Positions 1 to 8,744 of a stretch of 50,697 nt of DNA are shown here, piece after piece. Each line of letters opens with the position of its first letter. Within the stretch, counting starts at the first letter, position 1. This DNA comes from Verrucomicrobiia bacterium (GTDB taxonomy: Bacteria > Verrucomicrobiota > Verrucomicrobiia > Limisphaerales > Palsa-1400): NCBI GenBank assembly GCA_036008545.1, contig DASYNM010000253.1, positions 1 through 50,697 on the forward strand. The letters are read 5' to 3'. Below the pieces are notes generated by a model, which did not search any database, was not told where the DNA came from, and saw only the letters and a list, made by a program, of their open reading frames with translations. The position numbers and the translations under genes are program-made.

Positions 1-1065
1 ACTAATCTGGCCAATGGGCAAAATTTCTTCGTCTCCCCTTCCACCCAGAACGAACTCGCTCCTGATGTCCAGGCGGCGCGCGTGGTCTGGCAGGACTTCC
101 GCGACCAGGGGCCGGGCGAGATTTATTATTGCGATCTCCAGACCGCACAGGTTCGCCGCATCACCACCAATATTTACGCGCAGTTAAACCCTGCCATTTA
201 CGACAATTGGATTGTCTGGGCGGACAATCGCAACGTGGAGGTGGATATTTATGGATTCGATTTATTGCGCAACGCGGAAATCCGCCTCACCAGCACACCG
301 CAGAACGAAAGCCAGCCGGCGTTGGACGGACCTTGGCTGATCTGCATGGAGGACGCTCTCGGGGCAGGGACTGGCAACGCCCAGTTGATCCATTTGCCCA
401 GTTTGCTGACCGTGCCGCTAACCAGCACGCCCACCTTGAAAACCTTCCCAGCGCTGGCCGATGGCTCGGCTGTCTGGCAGGAAACCATCAGCAACCAGTC
501 GCAAATCGTCGCCGCTGTTCTGCCCGCCCTGCAACCCATCTTCCAAAACGGGAACACGGTCTCCGTCACTCCAGCCATGGTGGCCGACGCGCAAAACGCC
601 GATGGGTTGCTCTCGCTCTGGAGCGCCAGCGGCATCCAGTCCATCACCGAATACACCTCGCTTTCGCCGGTGGTGACAAGTCAGACCGCATCATTGAACA
701 ACGGCACGTTCTCCGGTCCGAATTTCACCTTGGTCGCCGGGTCCTTCCTCTGGATCAAGTTTAACAGCCAGCAGGTGCTCGATCTCGGCGTCAATAATAG
801 TTCGTCCATTAGCCTTGCCGCGGGCGCCAATGTCTTCGGCTACGCCGGCTTCCCTGACGCTTACAGCGCCTTCACGCTATTGCAGCAAATCGGCCTCGGT
901 AACGCCCAATCAGTCCGCATGTTGGACTCCCAATCAGGCCGCTGGCGCGTCGCCCAAGTGCAAGCCGGCGGGCTTGTGGGCGACAACTTCCCCATTCCCA
1001 ACACTGCTGTGCTTATGGTGAGCGTGGCCAATGCCGTCAATCAATTCACTCCACAATCCCCATAA
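1..1065 (+). CDS. Secreted repeat protein, 3' part (5' end lies outside the window). It has TolB/PD40-like beta-propeller blades followed by an unassigned C-terminal region.
   Basis: Frame 1 is open from nt 1 to the TAA at 1063-1065, so the GTG at 82 is not the real start. There are two clear copies and one degenerate copy of a unit '(V/I)VW.D.R......IY..DL......(I/L)T', which is typical of PD40/TolB-type blades. The gene lies 4 nt upstream of the next gene. Confidence 0.6.
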   Translation, partial: TNLANGQNFFVSPSTQNELAPDVQAARVVWQDFRDQGPGEIYYCDLQTAQVRRITTNIYAQLNPAIYDNWIVWADNRNVEVDIYGFDLLRNAEIRLTSTPQNESQPALDGPWLICMEDALGAGTGNAQLIHLPSLLTVPLTSTPTLKTFPALADGSAVWQETISNQSQIVAAVLPALQPIFQNGNTVSVTPAMVADAQNADGLLSLWSASGIQSITEYTSLSPVVTSQTASLNNGTFSGPNFTLVAGSFLWIKFNSQQVLDLGVNNSSSISLAAGANVFGYAGFPDAYSAFTLLQQIGLGNAQSVRMLDSQSGRWRVAQVQAGGLVGDNFPIPNTAVLMVSVANAVNQFTPQSP

Positions 1066-1069
1066 ATCC

Positions 1070-1858
1070 ATGCGCCGCACGATTTCCATTTTGATTTGTC
1101 TGGCCGGTTGGAGCGCCGCTCTCCCTGCGGGCGCGATTACGGTGGCCGCGTTGCAAAAGGAAATCGCCTCAGGCGCAAAGATCACGGTGATTGATTTGCG
1201 CGATACGATGTCGTTTGTCCAAGGGCACATCCCCAGCGCCATCAACGTGCCTGCTTCGCTTTGTCCGCAAAAGCATCTTCCACCCCTTGGCAATGTGGTG
1301 GTGTATGATGACGGCTTGGGCCGGCGCGGAACGGCGGAGCTGGATAGGGCCGCCAGCGCGCTGGCCGCCAAGCCGGGCCTCAAGGTCGATATACTCCAGG
1401 GCGGGTTTGCCGCCTGGGAAGCCGCCGAAGCCCTGACCACGCGTGGGCGCGGCCTCCAACACGAATCTTTCAACTACATCACCTACTCTGAGCTGCATGA
1501 AGCCGCCGCCAGCGACATGGTTCTGGTTGACTTGCGCAAGTTGACCCCGGCCGTGCTGAAAAACTCGGACGGTTTGACCGATTTGAACCAGGAGTTTCCG
1601 GGCAAACGTGTCGCCTCAGCGCCGCCCAATGCAGAGGCCGCAAGTCCGCTGGTCGTACTGATCGATAGCGGCGATGGAAGCGCAGAAACAGCGGCTCGAA
1701 CGCTCAAAGCCAGGGGCGTGCGGCGCTATGCCATCCTGGCGGGCGGCGAATTGGCCATTGCGCGCAAAGGGCGGCCAGGCTCGGAACGGAGCGCGCCCGG
1801 CAACACGCGACCTGACAGCAACCAAAAACCGCTCCCAACGGGGCAAATCGGCCCATGA
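1070..1858 (+). CDS. Exported tandem rhodanese-homology-domain protein. Both domains lack the catalytic Cys.
   Basis: The ATG at 1070 gives 'MRRTISILICLAGWSAALPAGA', a signal peptide. There are two rhodanese-like modules ('ITVIDLRD...FVQGHIPSAINVP...VVVYDDGLGRRG...LQGGFAAW' and 'MVLVDLR...LVVLIDSGDGSAETAA...ILAGG'). Asp sits where the active-site Cys of the CX5R loop normally is. Confidence 0.8.
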   Translation: MRRTISILICLAGWSAALPAGAITVAALQKEIASGAKITVIDLRDTMSFVQGHIPSAINVPASLCPQKHLPPLGNVVVYDDGLGRRGTAELDRAASALAAKPGLKVDILQGGFAAWEAAEALTTRGRGLQHESFNYITYSELHEAAASDMVLVDLRKLTPAVLKNSDGLTDLNQEFPGKRVASAPPNAEAASPLVVLIDSGDGSAETAARTLKARGVRRYAILAGGELAIARKGRPGSERSAPGNTRPDSNQKPLPTGQIGP

Positions 1859-3504
1859 CCAGACTGTCAAAACAAAAGTTGCAAGCAGCGGCGCGATTCG
1901 CGCTGATCGCTGTCTTTGTGATGCTGGGCACGCGCCATGCCGCCGCGCAAATCATTCTGACCAATGTCGGCGTGGTCAACGTTACGCCGAGCACCTTTTC
2001 GGTGGTCGCAGCCGTTTCTCCATCCATCACGCCTTCCACCACCGTGACGGTTTCCGTGTTTGCCAATGCGGCCGGGACGACCAGCCTGGCAGGGCAGGTA
2101 GGTGTCGAGTATTATCCGTTAAATACGGGCGATCCGACGGCGACCAATTCCTACAGCACCCTCTTGAGCATGACCGCGTTGCGTCAGGACACCATGAGCC
2201 TTGGCTTGATCCACGCGCGCGTAACCTATTGCGCACCGAGTACCACCTATTATTATCGAATCACTGTCACTAATACCAGCGGCCGGGGCGCCGTCTGGCC
2301 ACCCTCTGGGCCTCTGCCCTCAGCCACCACGGCGGCTGAGAATTCATTTGTGGTGCAGTCACAGGAATTGCTTGTCACGCTGAACGACGCCAGCCCGCCC
2401 GGTTCGATCATCACGCTCGCCACCTCCAACAGTTCTTCCGTCCTGGCGGCGGTGGTGGGTGACGGCGCGGCCCCCAACCAGGCTTTTTTCGAAGTCAACG
2501 ATTTGATCGCGGCATCGGGCGGCACTAATTATTCGCCTATCGGTAGCGAGTTGTTCACTGCTTCAGTTCTCGGCTCCTCCTCGACGGGGCTGGCACAAAC
2601 CTACAATCTGATTTTCTCGAACAACTTTGCGGTTGGCGAGAGCAGCGCTGTGTCCCTGGGCGCGCTGTCCTCGACGATTTCAATTGGCACGGCCGCGATG
2701 CTGGCGGGAGAAAGCGCCAGCGTGCCCATTACGCTCAACTCCCAAGGCGCGCTCATCGGCCTTTCATTTGTGCTGAGCTTCCCCACGAATTTATTCACGG
2801 CAATCTCCTTGCAAGCAAGCACGCCGGCCTTGAATGCGCCGTCGTTGAGCGTGCTTTCGCCCGACACCTTGCAACTCACCTTTACTGCGGCGACCGGGAT
2901 GAACCTGCAAGGCAGCCAGCAAATCGCACAACTGAACTTCACCGCCGCCTCCAATCAAGCTTCCGCGATTGTGCCGCTGTCGCCGCAAGCGCCGGAAGGC
3001 ACCAACGCCACCGCTGGCATCCCCAACGTGTTTTCCCTCGTGCCGGGTCGCGCGTTCATCATCGCGACGCAGCCATTGCTCGATATGCAGCTCGTTGGTG
3101 CCAGCCGCGAGTTGGTGCTCTACGGTATTCCGGGTCAAAGCTACCAAATCCAATCCTCGACTAATCTCGCCCAGCCCGGCGATTGGTTGAATTTCCTCAC
3201 CGTGGCCATGACCAATCAGACGCAGATCATTCCCAATGTGGAGTCGAACCCTGTCGCCGTGTTTTTCCGCGCCTATGTGCTCAATGCCGACCCGCCTATG
3301 TTGCAAGCCACTCATTCCGGGACCAATCGCTCCCTCATCGCGTTTGGATTGACAGGCACGAACTACACCCTTCAAGTCTCCAGCAATCTGTCCGCCACCG
3401 TGGCTTGGTACCCATTGCTGAGCTACACGTTGACGAATTCGTTCCAGTCTTTCACGAATCTAGGCGCCAGTTCGCCGGCGTTTTACCGGATCAAGAAGCA
3501 GTGA
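1855..3504 (+). CDS. Secreted protein with an FN3/Ig-like N-terminal region, a cohesin-like domain and two C-terminal '...FYR' beta-sandwich-like modules.
   Basis: The start overlaps the upstream stop (ATGA). There is a signal peptide 'ALIAVFVMLGTRHAAAQ'. The segment 'ISIGTAAMLAGESASVPITLNSQGALIGLSFVLSFP...LTFTAATG...IAQLNFTA' resembles cohesin domains. Two roughly 60-aa repeats end in 'VFFRAYV' and 'AFYRIKKQ'. Confidence 0.7.
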   Translation: MTRLSKQKLQAAARFALIAVFVMLGTRHAAAQIILTNVGVVNVTPSTFSVVAAVSPSITPSTTVTVSVFANAAGTTSLAGQVGVEYYPLNTGDPTATNSYSTLLSMTALRQDTMSLGLIHARVTYCAPSTTYYYRITVTNTSGRGAVWPPSGPLPSATTAAENSFVVQSQELLVTLNDASPPGSIITLATSNSSSVLAAVVGDGAAPNQAFFEVNDLIAASGGTNYSPIGSELFTASVLGSSSTGLAQTYNLIFSNNFAVGESSAVSLGALSSTISIGTAAMLAGESASVPITLNSQGALIGLSFVLSFPTNLFTAISLQASTPALNAPSLSVLSPDTLQLTFTAATGMNLQGSQQIAQLNFTAASNQASAIVPLSPQAPEGTNATAGIPNVFSLVPGRAFIIATQPLLDMQLVGASRELVLYGIPGQSYQIQSSTNLAQPGDWLNFLTVAMTNQTQIIPNVESNPVAVFFRAYVLNADPPMLQATHSGTNRSLIAFGLTGTNYTLQVSSNLSATVAWYPLLSYTLTNSFQSFTNLGASSPAFYRIKKQ

Positions 3505-5039
3505 ATGGCGCCCTCTGGCTCGTATCGCTCCTGGCGCTCGCCGCCGTGGGTCGAGGAGCGCCGTTGCCCTACGTCACCGCTTCAGACCAGGACTTGGGCC
3601 TGCCGCCAGACCTGGCTTCGATGCCCCGGCCGTTTCTGCCTTACGACATTCCCGGCCGGCGCATCCCCGAGCTGACGACCTTCTCCAATCTGGCCGCCGT
3701 CGATTTGGAGGATCGCGTTGTGCCCCTGCCGGAGGCCAACACGCTGGCGCACGTCAATTTCCAGCAACGTCGATTCGGACGCCTTGCGTCGGAAGATGGT
3801 TCCACCCAGTTTTTTAATCCTGAAATCGTGCTGGTTAAATTCCGCAACCAACCGCTCGTCTCGGCCTTGCGCGTCGAACCGTATCGCGAGTGGGACGACG
3901 TCCAGGCGTTGCGCGAGCGCACGGACGTGGAATTTGCGGAACTCGATACCTTCGAGCGCAGGCAGTTTACGCCCAACGATCCGCTCCTTACCAACCAATG
4001 GCACCACCAGGTGATTGGCAGCTTTCAAGCGTGGAACTACAGCCTTGGACAACCGACGGTGCGCGTGGCCATTGTCGATTCTCCCTTTCAGATGGATCAT
4101 CCCGACCTCGCCGCCAACACCATCAGCGGCTGGGACGTGGACGCCAACCAAGCGGTAACTTCAAGTTCCGGCATCGTTCATTCCACCATGTGCGCTGGTA
4201 TGGCGGCGGCGGTCATCAATAATGGCGTAGGCGTGGCCGGGGCCGCCAACTGCCAGATTCTCCCCATCAACATTAACGGCGCGATAAGCGACATGTACAA
4301 CGCCACCCTCTGGGCCGCCACCAACGGCGTGCGCGTCGTCAACATTAGTTGGAGCGGCGGCACCAACCCAGTCCTCGAAGCCGCCGGCCTTTTCCTCAAA
4401 ACCAACGCCAACGGCATCCTGATTATGTCGGCCGTCGATGGCAGCGGCCTGCTCAACGGCCCCAATCAGCCCGACGTTTACTGCGTTTCCATGACCGATG
4501 CCGCCGATAATTTTCAGGACACCATGTACGGCCCTTACATCGATTTCGCCGCGCCAGGTTATCAAATCTATTCCACCACGACTGGCGGTGGCTATACGAC
4601 AGGCACAGGTTGCAGCTTTGCCGCGCCCCTGGTAGCCGGCGTGGTGGCGTGGGTCTTCGGGCTTAATCCCACTCTCGCACCCGGCGATGTCATTGACATC
4701 CTGACCAACACCGCCGTGGAATTGGGCGGGCCTGGGTGGAATGAATTCTACGGCTGGGGCCGCATTGATTTTGGGGCCGCCGCCGCGGCCGCTGCCGCGA
4801 CGCTGCCCAACATATCCGGCGTGCAATGGAGTAACAACGCAGTGGTCGTAACCGCCAACTTCCGTCCCGGCCTGAACTATACGCTTTGGCGCGCCGCGCA
4901 ACTGACTCCCCCGCTTTGGATGCAAACTACCAACCTCCTGCTCGCCACCAACGGCGACTTTATTTCGTTAAGTGATCTTACGCCATTGCCCGGCGAAGAC
5001 TTTTACCGAGTGCAGGCCGCCCTGAGCAATGGGCCCTGA
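3501..5039 (+). CDS. Subtilisin-like serine peptidase (MEROPS S8) with a propeptide and a C-terminal '...FYRV' module.
   Basis: The GTG at 3501 overlaps the upstream stop (GTGA) and yields the signal peptide 'VNGALWLVSLLALAAVG'. Triad-type motifs are 'VAIVDSPF..DHPDL' (Asp), 'HSTMCAGMAAA' (His), 'VVNISWSG' (oxyanion Asn) and 'GTGCSFAAPLVAG' (Ser). The motifs deviate from the canonical DTG/HGTH/GTSMA forms. The 3183-3500 part of the ORF overlaps the previous gene and is not coding. Confidence 0.85.
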   Translation: MNGALWLVSLLALAAVGRGAPLPYVTASDQDLGLPPDLASMPRPFLPYDIPGRRIPELTTFSNLAAVDLEDRVVPLPEANTLAHVNFQQRRFGRLASEDGSTQFFNPEIVLVKFRNQPLVSALRVEPYREWDDVQALRERTDVEFAELDTFERRQFTPNDPLLTNQWHHQVIGSFQAWNYSLGQPTVRVAIVDSPFQMDHPDLAANTISGWDVDANQAVTSSSGIVHSTMCAGMAAAVINNGVGVAGAANCQILPININGAISDMYNATLWAATNGVRVVNISWSGGTNPVLEAAGLFLKTNANGILIMSAVDGSGLLNGPNQPDVYCVSMTDAADNFQDTMYGPYIDFAAPGYQIYSTTTGGGYTTGTGCSFAAPLVAGVVAWVFGLNPTLAPGDVIDILTNTAVELGGPGWNEFYGWGRIDFGAAAAAAAATLPNISGVQWSNNAVVVTANFRPGLNYTLWRAAQLTPPLWMQTTNLLLATNGDFISLSDLTPLPGEDFYRVQAALSNGP

Positions 5040-5077
5040 AATCGGGATTCGGCGCTTTGACCTCCGCGCTCACTTTG

Positions 5078-7531
5078 CTAACCCAGGATTTTTTTCCGTT
5101 CAGGATCGTAGGGCGCTTTCAAGTGAGCAACCGCCGGAATGCGCGTGCCGGAAACGTTGATTTCGTAGCGTCCGTCCCGAATGAATTCGGGCGTGACGCC
5201 GTCTTTGCACTTCACGTAGCCCATCCCGACCGCAGCGCCGAGCGAATGGCCGTAAGAACCGGACGTCGTGTAGCCCACCGCCTCGCCGTTGCGATAAATG
5301 GGTTCGCTTCCCCAGAGCATGGGACCGGAATCTTGCAGGACGAACGTCACCAGTTGGCGCTTCAAACCTGCCTGTTTCTGCGCCAGCAACGCGTCCTTTC
5401 CTAGAAACGCAGCGCTCTTTTTCCAGCCAATCGCGAAACCAAGACCCGCTTCGATGGCGGAGTCGTCGGGCGAAATGTCGGCGCCCCAGGCACGATAAGC
5501 CTTTTCCAGACGAAGCGAGTTGATGGCATAATGCCCCGCGTTGACGACATCGAAAGTTTTTCCAGCCTTGGTCAGTGATTCATAGACGAGCACGGCCTGA
5601 CTCATCGGGACGTGGAGTTCCCAACCGAGTTCGCCAACATACGTAATACGAACCGCGCGGACGGTCGCCAATCCAATGTCGATGACTTGAGCCGTTCCAA
5701 AGGGAAAAGCCTGATTGGAAAGATCGGTGTCAGTGACGCGGCCCAGCAACGCCCGCGAATTCGGCCCCATCACGCCGATGACGCTGTAGGCTTCGGTCAC
5801 GTCGGTCAACGCGGCTTGCTCGCCGGCCTGCAAATTCCGGCGAATCCAATCCTGGTCGCGCATGGTTTGGGAAGTTCCACTGATGAGATAAAACTCGTCG
5901 TTGCTCAGACGAATCGCCGTGATGTCACTCTCGAAAGTGCCGCGAGAATTGAACATTCCGGTATAAACGGCTTTGCCAAGCGGCACGTCCATGTCCGCGC
6001 CGCAAAGACGTTGCAGGACGTTCAGCGCGTCCGGGCCTTTGAACAGGAATTTCGAGAAGCCGGTTTGATCAAAGATTGCGACACTCTCGCGGCAGGCGCG
6101 ATGCTCGCGCGCATGGCAGTCAAACCAATTTTGGCGGCCAAAGGAATACTCCACCACCGGCTTCATGCCGCGGGTGGCGAACCAATTGGGCCGCTCCCAG
6201 CCATTCTTGCTCCCAAAACACGCCCTCTGACGCGCGAGGCGGTCATGCAACGGCGTCCGGCGCAAATTGCGACCGCTCTCCATCTCGCGATTCGGCCACG
6301 CCATTTGGTAATGCAGGCCGAGCACCTCGGTCACGCGCTTGCGCAGGAAGGTCCGATTGTTGGCCCACGGAGCGAAGCGGCGAATATCCACCGACCACAG
6401 ATCAAGCGTCGGCTCTCCGGCCAGCATCCACTCCGCGAGATATTTCCCCGCGCCGCCCGCGCTGGCGATGCCGACGGAGTTAAAACCCGCCGCCACAAAC
6501 AGGTGCCGCATCTCGGGCGCTTCACCCATGATGAAATTGTTGTCCGGCGTGAAACTTTCCGGCCCGTTGACAAATTTGGCGAACTTGCAATTTGCCAGCG
6601 CCGGAATGCGATGCTTGCCGTTGGCCAGCGGTACGGAGAATTTCCTCCAATCTGGTTTCAGCAACTCGAAGGAAAATTTCTCCGGAACTTTTTTCACCAT
6701 CCAAGGCTTGGACGATTCCTGAAACGCCCCCAGCATCACGCCGTCTCCTTCGCCGCGAAAATAAATGCACAAGTCCGGGTCGCGCCCGACCGGTAATTCA
6801 TCAAACGCGCCGGCCAGAGGTTCGGTCACAACGTAGTGATGCTCCACCGGATAAAGCGGAATCGTTACGCCGCAACTTAGCCCAAGTTCGCGCGTCCACA
6901 TGCCGCCGCACAGCACGACATATTCCGCCTTGATGCTGCCCTGATCGGTTTTGACTCCGGTGACGCGCCCGTCCTTGCTTTCGATTGCCTGGACGCGAAC
7001 GTTTTCAAAAATTCTCGCGCCGCGCGAGCTGGCGCCTCGGGCCAAGGCGATCGGCACTTCTTTGGGAATGACTTTGCCATCGTGCGGCAGCCACGCCGCT
7101 CCCAGCACATCGTCCACGCGCAAGAGGGGCCATTTTTCCAGGACGGTTTGCGCGCTGATTAAATGCGCTTCGACACCGAACAATTCAGCCATCGCCATCG
7201 TGCGGCGGAGTTGGATCATGCGGTCTTCGGATTTTGCGACGATGAGGCTGCCGACTTGTTTCCATCCAACCGAATGCCCGGTTTCTTGCTCCAGTTGCGA
7301 GTAAAGCTCGACCGTGTATTTGTTGATGCGGGTCATGCTGTTGCTCGTGCGGAGACGACCTACCAACCCGGCCGCGTGCCATGAAGTTCCACCGCCGAGC
7401 TGACCTTGTTCAAGCAGCACCACGTCTTTCCAACCAAGTTTGGTGAGATGGTAGGCGACGCTGGTGCCGATGACGCCACCGCCCACGATGACAACCTTCG
7501 CCTCCGCCGGCAGGGAACGACTAGACTCCAT
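5078..7531 (-). CDS. Dimethylglycine/sarcosine dehydrogenase(oxidase)-like flavoprotein: FAD domain fused to a GcvT-type aminomethyltransferase domain.
   Basis: The 817-aa protein has the dinucleotide fold 'KVVIVGGGVIGTSVAYHL', 'GGTSWHAAGLVG', and a C-terminal half with a folate-binding GcvT-like sequence ('GELGWELH...', 'AINSLRLEKAYRAWG', 'GYTTSGSYGHSLG'). Confidence 0.9.
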   Translation of the reverse strand: MESSRSLPAEAKVVIVGGGVIGTSVAYHLTKLGWKDVVLLEQGQLGGGTSWHAAGLVGRLRTSNSMTRINKYTVELYSQLEQETGHSVGWKQVGSLIVAKSEDRMIQLRRTMAMAELFGVEAHLISAQTVLEKWPLLRVDDVLGAAWLPHDGKVIPKEVPIALARGASSRGARIFENVRVQAIESKDGRVTGVKTDQGSIKAEYVVLCGGMWTRELGLSCGVTIPLYPVEHHYVVTEPLAGAFDELPVGRDPDLCIYFRGEGDGVMLGAFQESSKPWMVKKVPEKFSFELLKPDWRKFSVPLANGKHRIPALANCKFAKFVNGPESFTPDNNFIMGEAPEMRHLFVAAGFNSVGIASAGGAGKYLAEWMLAGEPTLDLWSVDIRRFAPWANNRTFLRKRVTEVLGLHYQMAWPNREMESGRNLRRTPLHDRLARQRACFGSKNGWERPNWFATRGMKPVVEYSFGRQNWFDCHAREHRACRESVAIFDQTGFSKFLFKGPDALNVLQRLCGADMDVPLGKAVYTGMFNSRGTFESDITAIRLSNDEFYLISGTSQTMRDQDWIRRNLQAGEQAALTDVTEAYSVIGVMGPNSRALLGRVTDTDLSNQAFPFGTAQVIDIGLATVRAVRITYVGELGWELHVPMSQAVLVYESLTKAGKTFDVVNAGHYAINSLRLEKAYRAWGADISPDDSAIEAGLGFAIGWKKSAAFLGKDALLAQKQAGLKRQLVTFVLQDSGPMLWGSEPIYRNGEAVGYTTSGSYGHSLGAAVGMGYVKCKDGVTPEFIRDGRYEINVSGTRIPAVAHLKAPYDPERKKILG

Positions 7532-8744
7532 AGTAGGTTTCGTAAACGTGCGCTGCTTCCTGGCGGGCGTCCTTCCAATTCCACGGACGTTCCGTAAATC
7601 GATCCGGGCTGAGGCTCTTCACATAGGCCGACGGTTTGCGGTCGAAAATGGATTCATAAAGCAGCCGGCCAATCCCCGCCGAACCGCTGATACCATGGGC
7701 ATTGCAGCCACCCGCCATGATAAATCCGGGAACCCGGCAACTTTCGCCGATGATAAAACGCCCGTCCGGCGTAAAGGTTGGCCAGCCGCGCCCGACGCGC
7801 GTCTTCTTGACACCCTTGGTTTGCGGCAAGAGGCGGGAGAATTGTTCCTCAAAGCTGTCCAACACCGGCCAATCCGGTTCGACCGGAGGCGGTTCTGCAT
7901 TCAGACCGTATTCGCGAGGATCCGTCTGAAGTGATTGCGCCTCCCAACCGCCCAGCAGAAGACCGCCTTCGCACGGGCGGCCATAGAGCGTCATTTCCGG
8001 GACGCGAAAACAGGGAAGCTCCGGCACCATCCCTTCCAGCGGCACGGAAACGAAATATTCATGCCGCACTGGCACAATGGGCAATTCCAAGCTCACCAAT
8101 TTGGCGATGTGATAGGCATTGGCGCCGGCTGCATTGATGACGTAGCGGCACGAGGCGGCGCCCCGATTGGTTTTCACGCCGGACACACGCCCGTCACGGA
8201 TCAGAATCTCCTCGACGGTGGTGCTCGTCGCGATGCGCACACCCATCTTGCGGCATTGATAGGCGTAGGAACTCGCCACGGCGTAAGGCCGCATGTAGCC
8301 GTCCGAGGGACACCACAGCACCGCCTTGACCTCGGCAAATTCCATGGCCGGCCAGAGCTTGCGTGCAGCGCCGTTGTCAATCAATTCCGCTTCCAGCTTG
8401 GCTCGGTCGGCAACGGATTTAAGCTGGCGCAATTCCGCCACGCGTTTCTCCGAGAGTGCGATGCGCAGCGAACCAGTCTCGTGCCATTCGGGTTGCACCT
8501 TGGGATCGCGCTGGAGTTCGCGGAAAGTCGCTACCGAATGCATGGCAAGAAGCGTGCGCTCCAACGTCGAGCGTGGTTGTCCGCACAAACCGGCGCCTTG
8601 CGCGGTGGTGACTTGCGCCACGTCCGCCGCCCGCTCCACCAGAAGGATGTCCGTCACGCCGGCGCGCGCCAGGGTGTAAGCCACGCCGCAGCCGATGGCT
8701 CCGCCGCCAATGATGACGAATTCCGCGTCGGAAACCTGGGTCAT
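7521..8744 (-). CDS. FAD-dependent oxidoreductase, DAO family (sarcosine-oxidase-beta/glycine-oxidase-like).
   Basis: The ATG at 8744 overlaps the stop of the Rieske gene (ATGA) and gives 'MTQVSDAEFVIIGGGAIGCGVAYTLA'. The 53-codon extension up to 8903 lies inside the upstream gene. The protein is about 408 aa, the typical length for the DAO family. Confidence 0.85.
   Translation of the reverse strand: MTQVSDAEFVIIGGGAIGCGVAYTLARAGVTDILLVERAADVAQVTTAQGAGLCGQPRSTLERTLLAMHSVATFRELQRDPKVQPEWHETGSLRIALSEKRVAELRQLKSVADRAKLEAELIDNGAARKLWPAMEFAEVKAVLWCPSDGYMRPYAVASSYAYQCRKMGVRIATSTTVEEILIRDGRVSGVKTNRGAASCRYVINAAGANAYHIAKLVSLELPIVPVRHEYFVSVPLEGMVPELPCFRVPEMTLYGRPCEGGLLLGGWEAQSLQTDPREYGLNAEPPPVEPDWPVLDSFEEQFSRLLPQTKGVKKTRVGRGWPTFTPDGRFIIGESCRVPGFIMAGGCNAHGISGSAGIGRLLYESIFDRKPSAYVKSLSPDRFTERPWNWKDARQEAAHVYETYYGV

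Noticed and set aside
3183-3500. N-terminal extension of the S8 peptidase ORF. Analogous extensions lie at 8745-8903, 13904-14116, 47966-48106, 34763-34894 and 38846-39001.
   Set aside because: Each extension lies inside the preceding gene in another frame and has junk-like composition. In each case an internal start gives a signal peptide or an ATGA/GTGA-coupled start.
5612-6796. A 394-aa plus-strand ORF inside the DMGDH-like gene. Similar long antisense ORFs lie at 7935-8810, 28885-30096, 31282-32172, 44328-45287, 45942-46964 and 48913-49713.
   Set aside because: All are antisense to genes with unambiguous family motifs. All have Arg/Gly/Pro/His-rich, stop-poor high-GC composition, and none shows a motif.
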